DNA of 32,000 bases, taken from Nostoc sp. PCC 7120 = FACHB-418. Its GTDB lineage: Bacteria; Cyanobacteriota; Cyanobacteriia; Cyanobacteriales; Nostocaceae. Positions within the stretch are counted from its first letter, which is position 1; each line of letters begins with the position of its first letter. Location: NCBI RefSeq assembly GCF_000009705.1, contig NC_003272.1, positions 2,190,001 through 2,222,000 on the forward strand. The letters run 5' to 3'. A program made the position numbers and the translations under genes. Shown in pieces: positions 1-10,897 of this stretch. The notes below the pieces were generated by a model, which saw only the letters and a program-made list of their open reading frames with translations, made no database searches and was not told the DNA's origin.

Positions 1-716
1 ATCGGTGGATTACCTAAAAAAGTTGCCACCATTTGATTAGCAGGACGAGCATAAATCCCTTGAGGTTCGCCAATTTGTTGAATCCGTCCGCCACTTAAAA
101 CCACAATCTTATCAGCCAAAGTCATCGCCTCGACTTGATCATGGGTGACGTAGATAGTTGTAATGCCTAATTGTTGATGTAACTGCTTTAATTCTGCCCT
201 AGTATCATCTCGCAATTGGGCATCTAAATTAGACAATGGTTCATCTAATAAAAATACTTGTGGTTCACGGGCGATCGCTCTCCCTAATGCTACCCGTTGT
301 TGCTGACCCCCGGAAAGTTGTTTGGGTTTGCGATCTAACAGATGATCCAAAGAAAGCGATCGCGCCACATCCACCACCCGTTCTTGGACAATTTTCGGGT
401 TAATTTTCCGCATTTTCAACCCAAAGGCGATATTTTCCGCCACCGTCATGTGGGGATAAAGAGCGTAATTTTGGAACACCATCGCCACATCGCGCGCTCT
501 TGCGGGGATGTTATTTACCAAGCGATCGCCAATAAACAGATTACCTGATGTGGCATTTTCTAAACCAGCGATCGTTCGTAAAATTGTAGACTTCCCACAA
601 CCAGAAGGCCCCACCAAAACCCAAAACTCACCATCCGGAATTTCAAAGGAGATTTCCTCAATTGCGGTGACATTGTTAAACCGACGCTTTATATCTTCTA
701 AACGAACTTTTGCCAT
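1..716 (-). CDS. ABC transporter ATP-binding subunit (MalK/UgpC-like importer ATPase); C-terminal part lies beyond the left window edge
   Basis: My reverse-strand translation from ATG (716-714) gives MAKVRLEDIKRRFNNVTAIEEISFEIPDGEFWVLVGPSGCGKSTILRTIAGLE... Motifs seen: Walker A GPSGCGKST, signature LSGGQQQRVALGRA, Walker B VFLLDEPLSNLD, H-loop YVTHDQ. It is absent from the ORF track because there is no stop in the window. The + ORFs 342-548 and 508-762 are its antisense shadows. Confidence 0.9.
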   Translation of the reverse strand, partial: MAKVRLEDIKRRFNNVTAIEEISFEIPDGEFWVLVGPSGCGKSTILRTIAGLENATSGNLFIGDRLVNNIPARARDVAMVFQNYALYPHMTVAENIAFGLKMRKINPKIVQERVVDVARSLSLDHLLDRKPKQLSGGQQQRVALGRAIAREPQVFLLDEPLSNLDAQLRDDTRAELKQLHQQLGITTIYVTHDQVEAMTLADKIVVLSGGRIQQIGEPQGIYARPANQMVATFLGNPP

Positions 717-766
717 TATCCTATCTGAGATTTTGAATTTGGCGACTGGAAACTTTCCCTAATTTT

Positions 767-997
767 TCATTCCAGCAATGCGATAAACTCTTCTCTTGTA
801 AGTTCAGCATCGCGTAATATTTTACTGAGCCACCCTCTACCTATTGTTTTACCAGCATGAACAGGAACAGTGACTAAACGACCGTCATCATGTTCCATTT
901 GTACGTGACTACCTCGTTGACGCACCACTTGAAATCCTAATTTCTCAAGGGTATTAATAACTTTTTTTCCAGTTAAACCTGGTAATTTCGGCATCAA
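767..997 (-). CDS. hicA: HicA-family toxin (mRNA interferase)
   Basis: 76 aa. The motifs LEKLGFQVVRQRGSHVQM...VTVPVHAGKTIGRGWLSKILRDA are typical of HicA/YcfA. It overlaps the upstream antitoxin gene by 4 nt. Confidence 0.85.
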   Translation of the reverse strand: MMPKLPGLTGKKVINTLEKLGFQVVRQRGSHVQMEHDDGRLVTVPVHAGKTIGRGWLSKILRDAELTREEFIALLE

Positions 998-1212
998 ATC
1001 ACTACCTTTTGAATACCGATAAATTCTGGTTTATTTTCATCAGTTTCAGTTTCTAAACATAGTTCGATTACTTCTTTCATATTTATCATTAGTTCATCAA
1101 TGGTTTCTCCTTGGCTATAACAGCCTTTTAGTTGGGGAACTTCTCCCACATAATACCCATCATCATCCCGTTCAATGATGACGTAAAATTCTCGTTTAGT
1201 AGCATTACTCAT
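994..1212 (-). CDS. hicB: HicB-family antitoxin (UPF0150-like)
   Basis: 72 aa. FYVIIERDDDGYYVGEVPQLKGCYSQGETIDELMINMKEVIELCLE matches the HicB N-terminal fold pattern. It is translationally coupled to hicA. Confidence 0.8.
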   Translation of the reverse strand: MSNATKREFYVIIERDDDGYYVGEVPQLKGCYSQGETIDELMINMKEVIELCLETETDENKPEFIGIQKVVI

Positions 1213-1253
1213 AAGTCATTGGTCAGTTGTCATTAGTTCTTTTCTTTCCCTTC

Positions 1254-1286
1254 CCCCAATCCCCAATCCCCAGTCCCCAATCCCCA
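1254..1286. repeat. STRR1-type heptamer array (CCCCAAT/CCCCAGT, about 4.7 copies)
   Basis: Direct reading: ccccaat ccccaat ccccagt ccccaat cccca. The array abuts the gun4 stop codon at 1287. Confidence 0.9.
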
Positions 1287-2003
1287 TCACTTAGACCAAG
1301 CAGGATGAGCAAATAACGAAGCAAGCACCCGCACACCCCGCAATTGATTAGACAAGGGTAGATGACCTCTGGGCGCAGTTAAATCCCAAGTAAAGCTGTT
1401 GGGGTAGCGAGTCCAATTATTACCGCTTTTCCAGCCAATTTTCGGCCAGAAATTATCCCAGTTTTTCCCTAAACTCAACCAGATGTCTCTTTGTACGGAA
1501 AAGCCAAACTTACCTTCAGAGTGAACTATCCACAGTTGATTAATGGTTTGTAGGTCATCGGTGGGAAAACTATCCACGTCAGTGAAATACAGCCATTTCC
1601 TTTTGACAGCCATCGGCCCTGCTATTTCGCACATGGTTTCGATGGTCAGGAGGTCTGCTGCTTGGAAATCTTGTTGAGCTAGTAATTGTTGCAAAGGATT
1701 GTAATTAATCCCGCAGCTTGATTTTAGAGTTACAATGCCCTCAGGAAAATTATTTTGCAAAAATTCCTGGGCTTGAGGTGCATCCGACTCGTAAAGGACT
1801 TGGTAGGCCTTCCCATCAATCCAAGTCGCTGGGTTCTCACGACGTTTCAGTAAAAATTCCATCAAAACATCTAATCCTTCATTGCCCACATCAGCTAACT
1901 GTAGGATTATCTGTTGTTGGACTTGGATAGACCCAGCGATTAGCCGTTGCCGGAGGGAGTCGATGTCATTAGCAGTGCCTGATACAATCATTGGGTCTGT
2001 CAT
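1287..2003 (-). CDS. gun4: GUN4-domain protein (porphyrin-binding activator of Mg-chelatase, Ycf53-like)
   Basis: 238 aa. The C-terminal half (WIVHSEGKFGFSVQRDIW...WDLTAPRGHLPLSNQLRG) matches GUN4 domain hallmarks. The N-terminal half is a helical domain. Confidence 0.85.
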   Translation of the reverse strand: MTDPMIVSGTANDIDSLRQRLIAGSIQVQQQIILQLADVGNEGLDVLMEFLLKRRENPATWIDGKAYQVLYESDAPQAQEFLQNNFPEGIVTLKSSCGINYNPLQQLLAQQDFQAADLLTIETMCEIAGPMAVKRKWLYFTDVDSFPTDDLQTINQLWIVHSEGKFGFSVQRDIWLSLGKNWDNFWPKIGWKSGNNWTRYPNSFTWDLTAPRGHLPLSNQLRGVRVLASLFAHPAWSK

Positions 2004-2260
2004 GCCATTACTCGTAATTAGCGGGAGCGTGAAAAAGCGGTCAGCTATCGGCCTTCTTTATGGCGAAGCAATGATAGCGAAAAGTAGTTTACTATTTTTG
2101 ATCGTACAAAATTGCGGCGGTTTCACTGAAAATCCTATACCGAAATCCTCCAATGCTGTAAAAAGATGAATAGGGGGAAAATCTGCGACTCAATGAATGA
2201 GGGAGTGGGAAGAGGTAGGAGAGCAGGGAGTAGAAAGTAGAGGCGAAAACAACAAAAAAT

Positions 2261-2301
2261 CCTAATCCCCAGTACCCAATCCTCAATCCCCAATCCCCAA
2301 T
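2261..2301. repeat. STRR1-type heptamer array (degenerate CCCCAAT, about 6 copies)
   Basis: cctaat ccccagt acccaat cctcaat ccccaat ccccaat, about 30 nt upstream of the icd start. Confidence 0.85.
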
Positions 2302-2332
2302 ACACAACGTATCTTTGTGGAGTGTGTGAAAT

Positions 2333-3754
2333 ATGTACAACAAGATTACCCCCCCTACAACCGGAGAAAAAATTACCTTCAAAAATGGTGAGCCGGTTGT
2401 GCCTGACAATCCAATTATCCCCTTTATTCGGGGCGATGGAACAGGAATTGATATTTGGCCGGCTACAGAAAAAGTACTAGATGCGGCGGTAGCCAAAGCG
2501 TATCAAGGCAAGCGTAAAATTAGCTGGTTTAAGGTTTACGCTGGGGATGAAGCCTGTGATTTATACGGGACTTATCAGTATTTACCAGAGGATACATTAA
2601 CAGCCATTAGGGAATATGGTGTGGCAATTAAAGGGCCTTTGACTACCCCTGTCGGTGGTGGTATCCGTTCCTTAAATGTGGCACTCAGACAAATTTTTGA
2701 CCTATATGCCTGTGTACGTCCTTGCCGTTATTATGCAGGTACACCCTCACCCCACAAAAATCCTGAAAAACTTGATGTAATTGTCTATCGGGAAAACACG
2801 GAAGATATTTATTTAGGGATTGAGTGGAAACAAGGTAGTGAAATAGGCGATCGCCTCATCTCTATCCTCAACAAAGAACTCATCCCCGCCACCCCAGAAC
2901 ACGGTAAAAAGCAAATCCCCCTCGATTCTGGTATAGGGATCAAACCCATCAGTAAAACAGGTTCCCAGCGCCTAGTACGCCGCGCCATTAAACACGCCCT
3001 CACATTACCCAAAGACAAGCAACAAGTGACTTTGGTGCATAAGGGTAACATCATGAAGTACACCGAAGGCGCTTTCCGTGATTGGGGTTACGAATTAGCT
3101 ACAAGTGAGTTCCGCCAAGAGACTGTCACTGAACGGGAATCTTGGATTTTAAGCAACAAGGAGAAAAACCCGAACATTTCCTTGGAAGACAACGCCCGTC
3201 AAATTGACCCTGGTTTTGATGCCCTTACTCCAGAGAAAAAGGCGCAAATTGTCAAGGAAGTAGAAACAGTTCTTAACTCAATTTGGGAAAGCCACGGTAA
3301 CGGTAAGTGGAAAGAAAAAGTGTTAGTCAATGACCGGATTGCTGACAGTATCTTTCAACAAATCCAAACCAGACCAGATGAGTATTCAATTCTGGCGACA
3401 ATGAACTTAAACGGCGATTACTTGTCTGATGCGGCGGCTGCTATTGTCGGCGGCTTAGGAATGGGGCCAGGGGCAAATATTGGCGATTCCTGCGCTGTGT
3501 TTGAAGCCACTCATGGTACAGCACCTAAACACGCTGGCTTAGACAGAATTAACCCAGGTTCAGTCATTTTATCTGGGGTAATGATGTTGGAGTATATGGG
3601 TTGGCAAGAAGCCGCAGACCTAATTAAGAAAGGTTTAAGCGATGCGATCGCTAACAGTCAAGTCACCTATGATTTAGCTAGATTACTCGAACCACCAGTT
3701 GAACCTCTAAAATGTTCTGAATTTGCCGACGCAATTATCAAACATTTTGGTTAA
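2333..3754 (+). CDS. icd: NADP-dependent isocitrate dehydrogenase
   Basis: 473 aa. [51 protein letters not shown] and [12 protein letters not shown] are classic IDH motifs. The length and N-terminus resemble cyanobacterial Icd. Confidence 0.95.
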   Translation: MYNKITPPTTGEKITFKNGEPVVPDNPIIPFIRGDGTGIDIWPATEKVLDAAVAKAYQGKRKISWFKVYAGDEACDLYGTYQYLPEDTLTAIREYGVAIKGPLTTPVGGGIRSLNVALRQIFDLYACVRPCRYYAGTPSPHKNPEKLDVIVYRENTEDIYLGIEWKQGSEIGDRLISILNKELIPATPEHGKKQIPLDSGIGIKPISKTGSQRLVRRAIKHALTLPKDKQQVTLVHKGNIMKYTEGAFRDWGYELATSEFRQETVTERESWILSNKEKNPNISLEDNARQIDPGFDALTPEKKAQIVKEVETVLNSIWESHGNGKWKEKVLVNDRIADSIFQQIQTRPDEYSILATMNLNGDYLSDAAAAIVGGLGMGPGANIGDSCAVFEATHGTAPKHAGLDRINPGSVILSGVMMLEYMGWQEAADLIKKGLSDAIANSQVTYDLARLLEPPVEPLKCSEFADAIIKHFG

Positions 3755-3770
3755 TTAACCTGAGTTCGGG
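3752..3770. repeat. Left arm of a 19-nt inverted repeat (TAATTAACCTGAGTTCGGG); partner at 5042-5060
   Basis: The reverse complement CCCGAACTCAGGTTAATTA differs at one position from 5042-5060 CCCGAACTCAAGTTAATTA. This arm starts on the icd stop codon. Confidence 0.8.
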
Positions 3771-3880
3771 ATAAGGAAAGGGACAGGTAGTAAGCTGAAA
3801 ATAGTGTTAAACCCAGCAACCTGTCCTACTGATGAAGTGCCATTAACTAAATCTTTGGTTGGGAGTGGTATATAAAGTGT

Positions 3881-4144
3881 ATGCACCAACAAGATACTTC
3901 ATCCTTTTATGTGCGCGTCCCTGCAAGAGTTTTAGGATGTCTACGTGCTGGTGAGATTACTATTATTCTATTTCCTGGGCATGGGTTAGTGCTAACAGAA
4001 CCAATCGAAACCTATCTCATTCCTGAAAGCTTGAGAATGCCCAATAGTGAGTTTTATGTGTTGTTCAAACATCCAGGGCGAGAGATGATCCGAATCTTAC
4101 GACACAACGAATTTTGCCCAGAAATCGATGCAAACAATAAGTGA
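3881..4144 (+). CDS. hypothetical protein (weak call)
   Basis: 87-aa ORF in the AT-rich cassette with no recognisable motif. It is convergent with the 4148-4543 gene. Confidence 0.3.
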   Translation: MHQQDTSSFYVRVPARVLGCLRAGEITIILFPGHGLVLTEPIETYLIPESLRMPNSEFYVLFKHPGREMIRILRHNEFCPEIDANNK

Positions 4145-4147
4145 AGT

Positions 4148-4543
4148 TTAACTTATTTCAAGCATTGGAGAATCGACATCTAAAAGCCAATTCTCATCAA
4201 TAAATTCTAGATTTTCATCATAAACAAGAACTAATTCACCAATCTTTTGAGTATGATTATTCTGCGCTTGTATGGCATAAGTACCAAAAGCTCTAAGTGA
4301 AAACTTTAGTTGTAAAAAACGTTCAGTGTGAGTAACACCAATAGAACTGCTAACTAATTCCGTTTCTAGGGGACGAGGTAACGTAATTTTTTCATAATAT
4401 TTATCTTGTTCATCCCAGTAACCGCATACTTTATAATCAGATTGTTCAAGATGTTCTTGAACAAGAATATTACCATCTAAATTTTCTAAGATTTCAGTTA
4501 AATCTCGCCAAACTTGATGATTTTTTAATTCGAGTCTTGTCAT
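4148..4543 (-). CDS. hypothetical acidic protein, second gene of a two-gene unit
   Basis: 131-aa ORF, rich in D/E. It lies 12 nt downstream of the 4556-4864 gene on the same strand. No motif recognised. Confidence 0.5.
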   Translation of the reverse strand: MTRLELKNHQVWRDLTEILENLDGNILVQEHLEQSDYKVCGYWDEQDKYYEKITLPRPLETELVSSSIGVTHTERFLQLKFSLRAFGTYAIQAQNNHTQKIGELVLVYDENLEFIDENWLLDVDSPMLEIS

Positions 4544-4555
4544 AGTTATGTGGGT

Positions 4556-4864
4556 TTAATGTTCTGTTACCAAACCAGGGAAGTGTAATATACCATCAAT
4601 GAATTTTGCATGAAATCGGCGGTCGCCACCTTTACCTAAGACTTTAGATTTCAAATCGTAACCTGATTCTTGGGAAGCCACCAACCCAACATTACCGCGA
4701 AGGGGTACTTGCCCTTTCTCAATGGCTTTTAAATGTTTCCCTTTCTGATCATATTTTAATCCTATTTGTATTTGTTCACTAGCAAACGAAACTAGCAGAC
4801 CACTGATTGAAACATATACAGTATCAGGTTGAATATCTGTCCAAGTATCTGGTAAGGGTTCCAT
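4556..4864 (-). CDS. hypothetical protein, first gene of a two-gene unit
   Basis: 102-aa ORF with no recognisable motif. An AT-rich, promoter-like region lies upstream at 4865-5040. Confidence 0.5.
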   Translation of the reverse strand: MEPLPDTWTDIQPDTVYVSISGLLVSFASEQIQIGLKYDQKGKHLKAIEKGQVPLRGNVGLVASQESGYDLKSKVLGKGGDRRFHAKFIDGILHFPGLVTEH

Positions 4865-5041
4865 GAAAATTATACTGAAAATGAAAGCACAATTTATTTG
4901 AGTTGAGTAAATCCTTTAAGTAACTACGTTATTTAATTACTCAATATTAATATCCTCAAAGGCTTGTTCTAGAAGTATTCTTAGAATCAACCTAAGAAGC
5001 CTAGCCTTCATCTTGACTTGGTTTTACCTTCTTATCTTTAA

Positions 5042-5060
5042 CCCGAACTCAAGTTAATTA
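5042..5060. repeat. Right arm of the 19-nt inverted repeat (CCCGAACTCAAGTTAATTA)
   Basis: See 3752-3770. It lies about 66 nt beyond the nagZ stop codon. Confidence 0.8.
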
Positions 5061-5108
5061 GGGTGATTAGTCATTAATCAACAGTTAAAAATGAAGGTTT
5101 TTAATCAT

Positions 5109-5136
5109 GGACTATTGACTATTGACTATTGACTAT
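5109..5136. repeat. Heptamer array GACTATT x4 (STRR-like)
   Basis: gactatt gactatt gactatt gactatt. The array overlaps the nagZ stop codon (5126-5128). Confidence 0.9.
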
Positions 5137-6223
5137 TCTCAAAACAACAGGCGATCGCTAATTCGGCATGACGGACTAAAGTATCTTTATCTAACGCCTG
5201 TACAGAATATTCTGGAGTTACTGCCAATAGTCTTTCGATTCTCTCCTTAGCGGACTCTACCACTGACTCAGCCAAGCTACCATCAGTTAAACAATCAGTA
5301 AAATCTTCCGCAATTTTATATGTACGCTCGATAGAAGACGCGTGGATATTACGAGAAACAATAAATAAATCACAGCCAGCATTAAAAGCCCGCGCGACTG
5401 TACCACTTTGCATAAACATATCTGAAACTGCTTTCATGTCTAAGTCGTCAGATACGACCACACCCTGAAAACCAAGTTCTTTCCGCAATATAGTTTTGAG
5501 GATGGGGCGGGATAGGGTAGCTGGTAAATCTGGGTCGATTTTGGGAAATAAAATATGGGCGGTCATAATGAGGGGAATCCCTTCTTCAATCAAAGCTTTG
5601 AAGGGAATAAGTTCTCGATTTTGTAATTCCTCTGGAGTCAGGTTGAGAATTGGTAATTCCACATGGGAGTCCTTACTCGTATCACCATGTCCGGGGAAAT
5701 GTTTGGCGCATCCCACAATTCCAGCTTCTGTCAGTCCCAAATAATATTCCCGCGCACCAGCCGCCGCCGTATCAGGGGTATTACCAAAAGCGCGAGAACC
5801 GATAATAGGATTTTGCGGGTGGGAATAAATATCAGCTACAGGCGACCAAGATAAGTTGATGCCCAAAGATTTTAATTCAATTGCCGTGGCTTTTGCTACT
5901 TCACGAGCCTGCGATCGCAACAACAACGCCTGAGGAAATCTCGTAATCGGTAAAGGTGTCCTTACAACGCGTCCTCCCTCATGGTCTAAGGTAAAAAACA
6001 TGGAATCGCGTTCTGCATATTCTTGTATCTGGCTATGTAACTCCTGAAAAGTTTCCAGCCAAACCGCGTAAGGTACACCATCTAAAAAGTTTTTAGCAAA
6101 GAATATTACCCCTATTGGTTTCAATTCACCCAAAGCGCGTTTATCTTCATCACTCAAACTAGTACCAGAAATACCCATTATTAAGTGATTTCCAAAGCGT
6201 TCTAGTCTCTGCAATGCTGGCAT
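5126..6223 (-). CDS. nagZ: beta-N-acetylhexosaminidase, glycoside hydrolase family 3
   Basis: 365 aa. LDHEGGRV, NLSWSPVADI, GSRAFG and CAKHFPGHGDTSKDSH are GH3/NagZ signatures. Confidence 0.85.
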   Translation of the reverse strand: MPALQRLERFGNHLIMGISGTSLSDEDKRALGELKPIGVIFFAKNFLDGVPYAVWLETFQELHSQIQEYAERDSMFFTLDHEGGRVVRTPLPITRFPQALLLRSQAREVAKATAIELKSLGINLSWSPVADIYSHPQNPIIGSRAFGNTPDTAAAGAREYYLGLTEAGIVGCAKHFPGHGDTSKDSHVELPILNLTPEELQNRELIPFKALIEEGIPLIMTAHILFPKIDPDLPATLSRPILKTILRKELGFQGVVVSDDLDMKAVSDMFMQSGTVARAFNAGCDLFIVSRNIHASSIERTYKIAEDFTDCLTDGSLAESVVESAKERIERLLAVTPEYSVQALDKDTLVRHAELAIACCFENSQ

Positions 6224-6518
6224 AATGCTTAACCTATAGTTGTGTAGCTAAAGACTGGATTAACAGCATAAATAATCTCAGCCCCTATCCTACACTCTCA
6301 ATAGAGATAGTTCACATCTGAGCTATTGATAAGAAGCAGGCGGAGGGAAACCGTCCTTGCGACTCCTCTTCCTGCTCCCCTGCTTTTTCATTGTCCCCAG
6401 TCCCCTGTATAAACTTTTTTCTAGAAGCGATCGCACAATTACTGCCAAATGTAACGGATTGCAAAGTATAATGAGAACGGCAAAACCATTAAGAAATATT
6501 GAAGAACAGTAGGTTTAA

Positions 6519-8874
<2,356 letters not shown>

Positions 8875-8879
8875 AAATT

Positions 8880-8900
8880 AGTCAATAGTCAATAGTTACC
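8880..8900. repeat. Heptamer array AGTCAAT (about 3 copies, last degenerate)
   Basis: agtcaat agtcaat agttacc, starting 6 nt after the crtB stop. Confidence 0.7.
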
Positions 8901-8904
8901 AGTG

Positions 8905-9050
8905 AAATAGTGCGTTCCTGAGCCACCCCCGTGGGCGGGTTTCCCGACTTGAGGGAGTGGCGTGTCGCCTTGCGTCAGAAAACAACTATCGTTTCCCGTT
9001 CGCGGTAGCGTCTTCGCAGGAGCAGGGGTTATCCTAAAGTACCTTAAGGG
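8905..9050. repeat. GC-rich intergenic hairpin element (dispersed-repeat/MITE-like); related in inverse orientation to 11925-11985
   Basis: It contains GCCAC...GTGGC closing a GC-rich hairpin (gagccacccccgtgggcgggtttcccgacttgagggagtggcg). Its composition contrasts with the flanks. The 66-aa ORF 8889-9089 lies wholly inside it and is probably not coding. Confidence 0.5.
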
Positions 9051-9087
9051 GCAATAGTCCAGAGTAAAAAACCCTTGACTAAAAACC

Positions 9088-9129
9088 ACTAACTACTGAC
9101 TACTGACTACTGACTACCGACTACCGACA
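9088..9129. repeat. Heptamer array ACTGACT/ACCGACT (6 copies)
   Basis: actaact actgact actgact actgact accgact accgaca. Confidence 0.9.
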
Positions 9130-9181
9130 AAAACTATTTGACATCAACAAAAATAGCTGCTAGTATTTATTCTTGTCACCT

Positions 9182-9273
9182 TGGAGAGGTGGCTGAGTGG
9201 TCGAAAGCGGCAGATTGCTAATCTGTTGTACGGCAGGCAACTCCGTACCGAGGGTTCGAATCCCTCCCTCTCC
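9182..9273 (+). tRNA. tRNA-Ser (anticodon GCU), class II with long variable arm
   Basis: Folded by hand. The acceptor stem is GGAGAGG/CCTCTCC with discriminator G. The anticodon stem is GCAGA/TCTGT with loop TTGCTAA (anticodon GCT). The variable arm is long (tgtacggcaggcaactccgtacc). The T arm is GAGGG-TTCGAAT-CCCTC. Confidence 0.9.
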
Positions 9274-9294
9274 GTTTTTATTGCTTGTCAACAG

Positions 9295-9323
9295 GATATT
9301 AGTGTTAATAGATAACACTAATA
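9295..9323. other. Perfect palindrome: 12-bp arms ATATTAGTGTTA / TAACACTAATAT with a 5-nt spacer
   Basis: Read directly. It sits between the tRNA-Ser 3' end and the natB-like gene, and could be a tRNA terminator hairpin or an operator. Confidence 0.6.
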
Positions 9324-9461
9324 TTAGGGGTAAGTACTTCTATCTCTAAAGGTGGATGTTATCATTTAACATTTAGAGTCCTGTTAAGATTAAGCTAACT
9401 TGAAAATTTAGTTTAAATCTTACTTTTAGGCTCCCGCATCTTTGAGGAGTGAAAGTAATCT

Positions 9462-10787
9462 ATGCAAAGAATTAGTGCTGCCCTCAGTTTAGGTTTAGCT
9501 ACCTTCACCGCAGGTTTTCTTTTAGCAGCTTGTGAAACAAGTAATACCACACCTAATGGCGCAGCTAACAATGGCGCAACTAGTACCCCAGCCACAGACA
9601 CCACTGCGACCAGTGGTGGGTCAGGGCTAAAAATTGGTTCTCTCCTGCCAGCAACAGGCGATTTAGCATCTATTGGACAACAAATGGCTGCGGCTGTTCC
9701 CTTAGTAGTAGAAACAGTCAACGCTTGCGGCGGTGTGAATGGTCAACCTGTTAGCCTAGTGGCTGTAGACGACCAAACAGACCCGAAAGCAGGCGCGGCT
9801 GGTATGACTAAACTAGCAACTGTAGATAAGGTTGCGGGTGTAGTCGGCTCTTTTGCTAGCAGCGTTTCCACAGCTGCCGTCTCCATTGCGGCCCAAAATA
9901 AAGTCTTACTAATTTCCCCTGGTAGTACCAGTCCCGTATTTACCGAAAAAGCGCAGAAAGGCGACTTTAATGGCTTTTGGGCGCGGACAGTTCCCCCTGA
10001 TAGCTATCAAGGCCCAGCCTTAGCCGAACTTGCCAACAAGAAAGGCTTTAAGCGAGTTTCCACCATTGTGATTAACAATGACTATGGAGTGGGTTTTGAA
10101 AAAGCATTTGTCCAAGCTTTTGAAAAACTCGGTGGGACTGTAGTTAACAAAAATAATCCTGTACGCTACGACCCCAAAGCAACCACCTTTGAAACCGAAG
10201 CGGCGGCGGCCTTTGCTGGTAAGCCAGATGCAGTTCTTGGTGTTTTTTACGTAGAAACAGGTAGCTTACTACTAAAATCAGCCTATCAGCAAGGTGTGGC
10301 TCAAGGTGTACAAATCATGCTGACAGATGGCATGAAATCCGATGAGTTTCCGGCGCAAGTCGGTAAAACTGCTGATGGTAAATTTATCGCCTCTGGCATC
10401 ATTGGCACAGTTCCTGGTTCCGATGGTAAAGGATTAGAAGCCTTAACAAAGCTTTGGCAATCGAAAAAAGGCAGTGCGCCAGGAGAATTCGCACCCCAAG
10501 CATGGGACGCGACAGCCTTGTTAGTGTTGGCAGCCCAAGCCGCCAAGGAAAATACTGGTGTGGGTATTGCTGGTAAAATCCGTGATGTATCTAGTGCGCC
10601 TGGTGTAGAAGTTACTGATGTTTGTGAAGGGCTAAAGTTACTCCAGGAGGGCAAAGATATCAACTATCAAGGAGCTAGTGGTAACGTTGATATTGATGCA
10701 AATGGTGATGTCATCGGTGTCTATGATGTGTGGACAGTAGGCGACGATGGCAAGATTAAGACTATTGACAAAGTGACTCCTAAGTAG
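9462..10787 (+). CDS. natB: Periplasmic amino-acid-binding lipoprotein of an ABC transporter (LivJ/Peripla_BP_6 family, NatB-like)
   Basis: 441 aa. It has a signal peptide with lipobox FLLAAC, then a Thr/Asn/Gly-rich linker, then LIV-binding-protein-like motifs (GSLLPATGDLASIG, VAGVVGSFASS, PGSTSP). The natB symbol rests on my recollection that Anabaena natB sits next to pds-crtB. Confidence 0.75.
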   Translation: MQRISAALSLGLATFTAGFLLAACETSNTTPNGAANNGATSTPATDTTATSGGSGLKIGSLLPATGDLASIGQQMAAAVPLVVETVNACGGVNGQPVSLVAVDDQTDPKAGAAGMTKLATVDKVAGVVGSFASSVSTAAVSIAAQNKVLLISPGSTSPVFTEKAQKGDFNGFWARTVPPDSYQGPALAELANKKGFKRVSTIVINNDYGVGFEKAFVQAFEKLGGTVVNKNNPVRYDPKATTFETEAAAAFAGKPDAVLGVFYVETGSLLLKSAYQQGVAQGVQIMLTDGMKSDEFPAQVGKTADGKFIASGIIGTVPGSDGKGLEALTKLWQSKKGSAPGEFAPQAWDATALLVLAAQAAKENTGVGIAGKIRDVSSAPGVEVTDVCEGLKLLQEGKDINYQGASGNVDIDANGDVIGVYDVWTVGDDGKIKTIDKVTPK

Positions 10788-10798
10788 TTGAAAGAGGT

Positions 10799-10828
10799 GG
10801 GGATTGGAGGACATTAATCCCAATCCCC
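10799..10828. repeat. Inverted pair of STRR1 units forming a 9-bp hairpin (GGGGATTGG ... CCAATCCCC)
   Basis: Read directly, downstream of the natB-like stop in the convergent intergenic region. Confidence 0.7.
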
Positions 10829-10897
10829 CATCCAAGGTAAAAGTCAAAAGAAAAAATCTTTTACTTTTTACTTTTTTATCCCCAATCCCCTATTCAA

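Noticed and set aside
342-762. Two + strand ORFs (68 and 84 aa) at the left edge
   Set aside because: They lie entirely antisense to a strongly supported ABC ATPase gene on the minus strand, which has Walker A, signature and Walker B motifs all present. Their sequences are low-complexity shadows.
2092-2496. 134-aa minus-strand ORF spanning the gun4-icd intergenic region and the icd 5' end
   Set aside because: It runs through the STRR heptamer array and purine-rich repeats and overlaps the well-supported icd start. Its composition (WGLRIGYWGLGFF) is a translation of repeats.
8889-9089. 66-aa minus-strand ORF after crtB
   Set aside because: It is wholly contained in the GC-rich hairpin repeat element, with no RBS context and a repeat-derived Gly/Pro-rich sequence.
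9182-9273. tRNA-Ser as an integration site for an island
   Set aside because: I saw no integrase gene, no direct repeat of the tRNA 3' end, and conserved housekeeping genes on both sides.
9301-9317. NtcA/CRP-type site in the palindrome upstream of the natB-like gene
   Set aside because: The core is TGT-N9-ACA, whereas NtcA (GTA-N8-TAC) and CRP sites correspond to TGT-N10-ACA, so the spacing is off by one. It is kept only as a generic palindrome.
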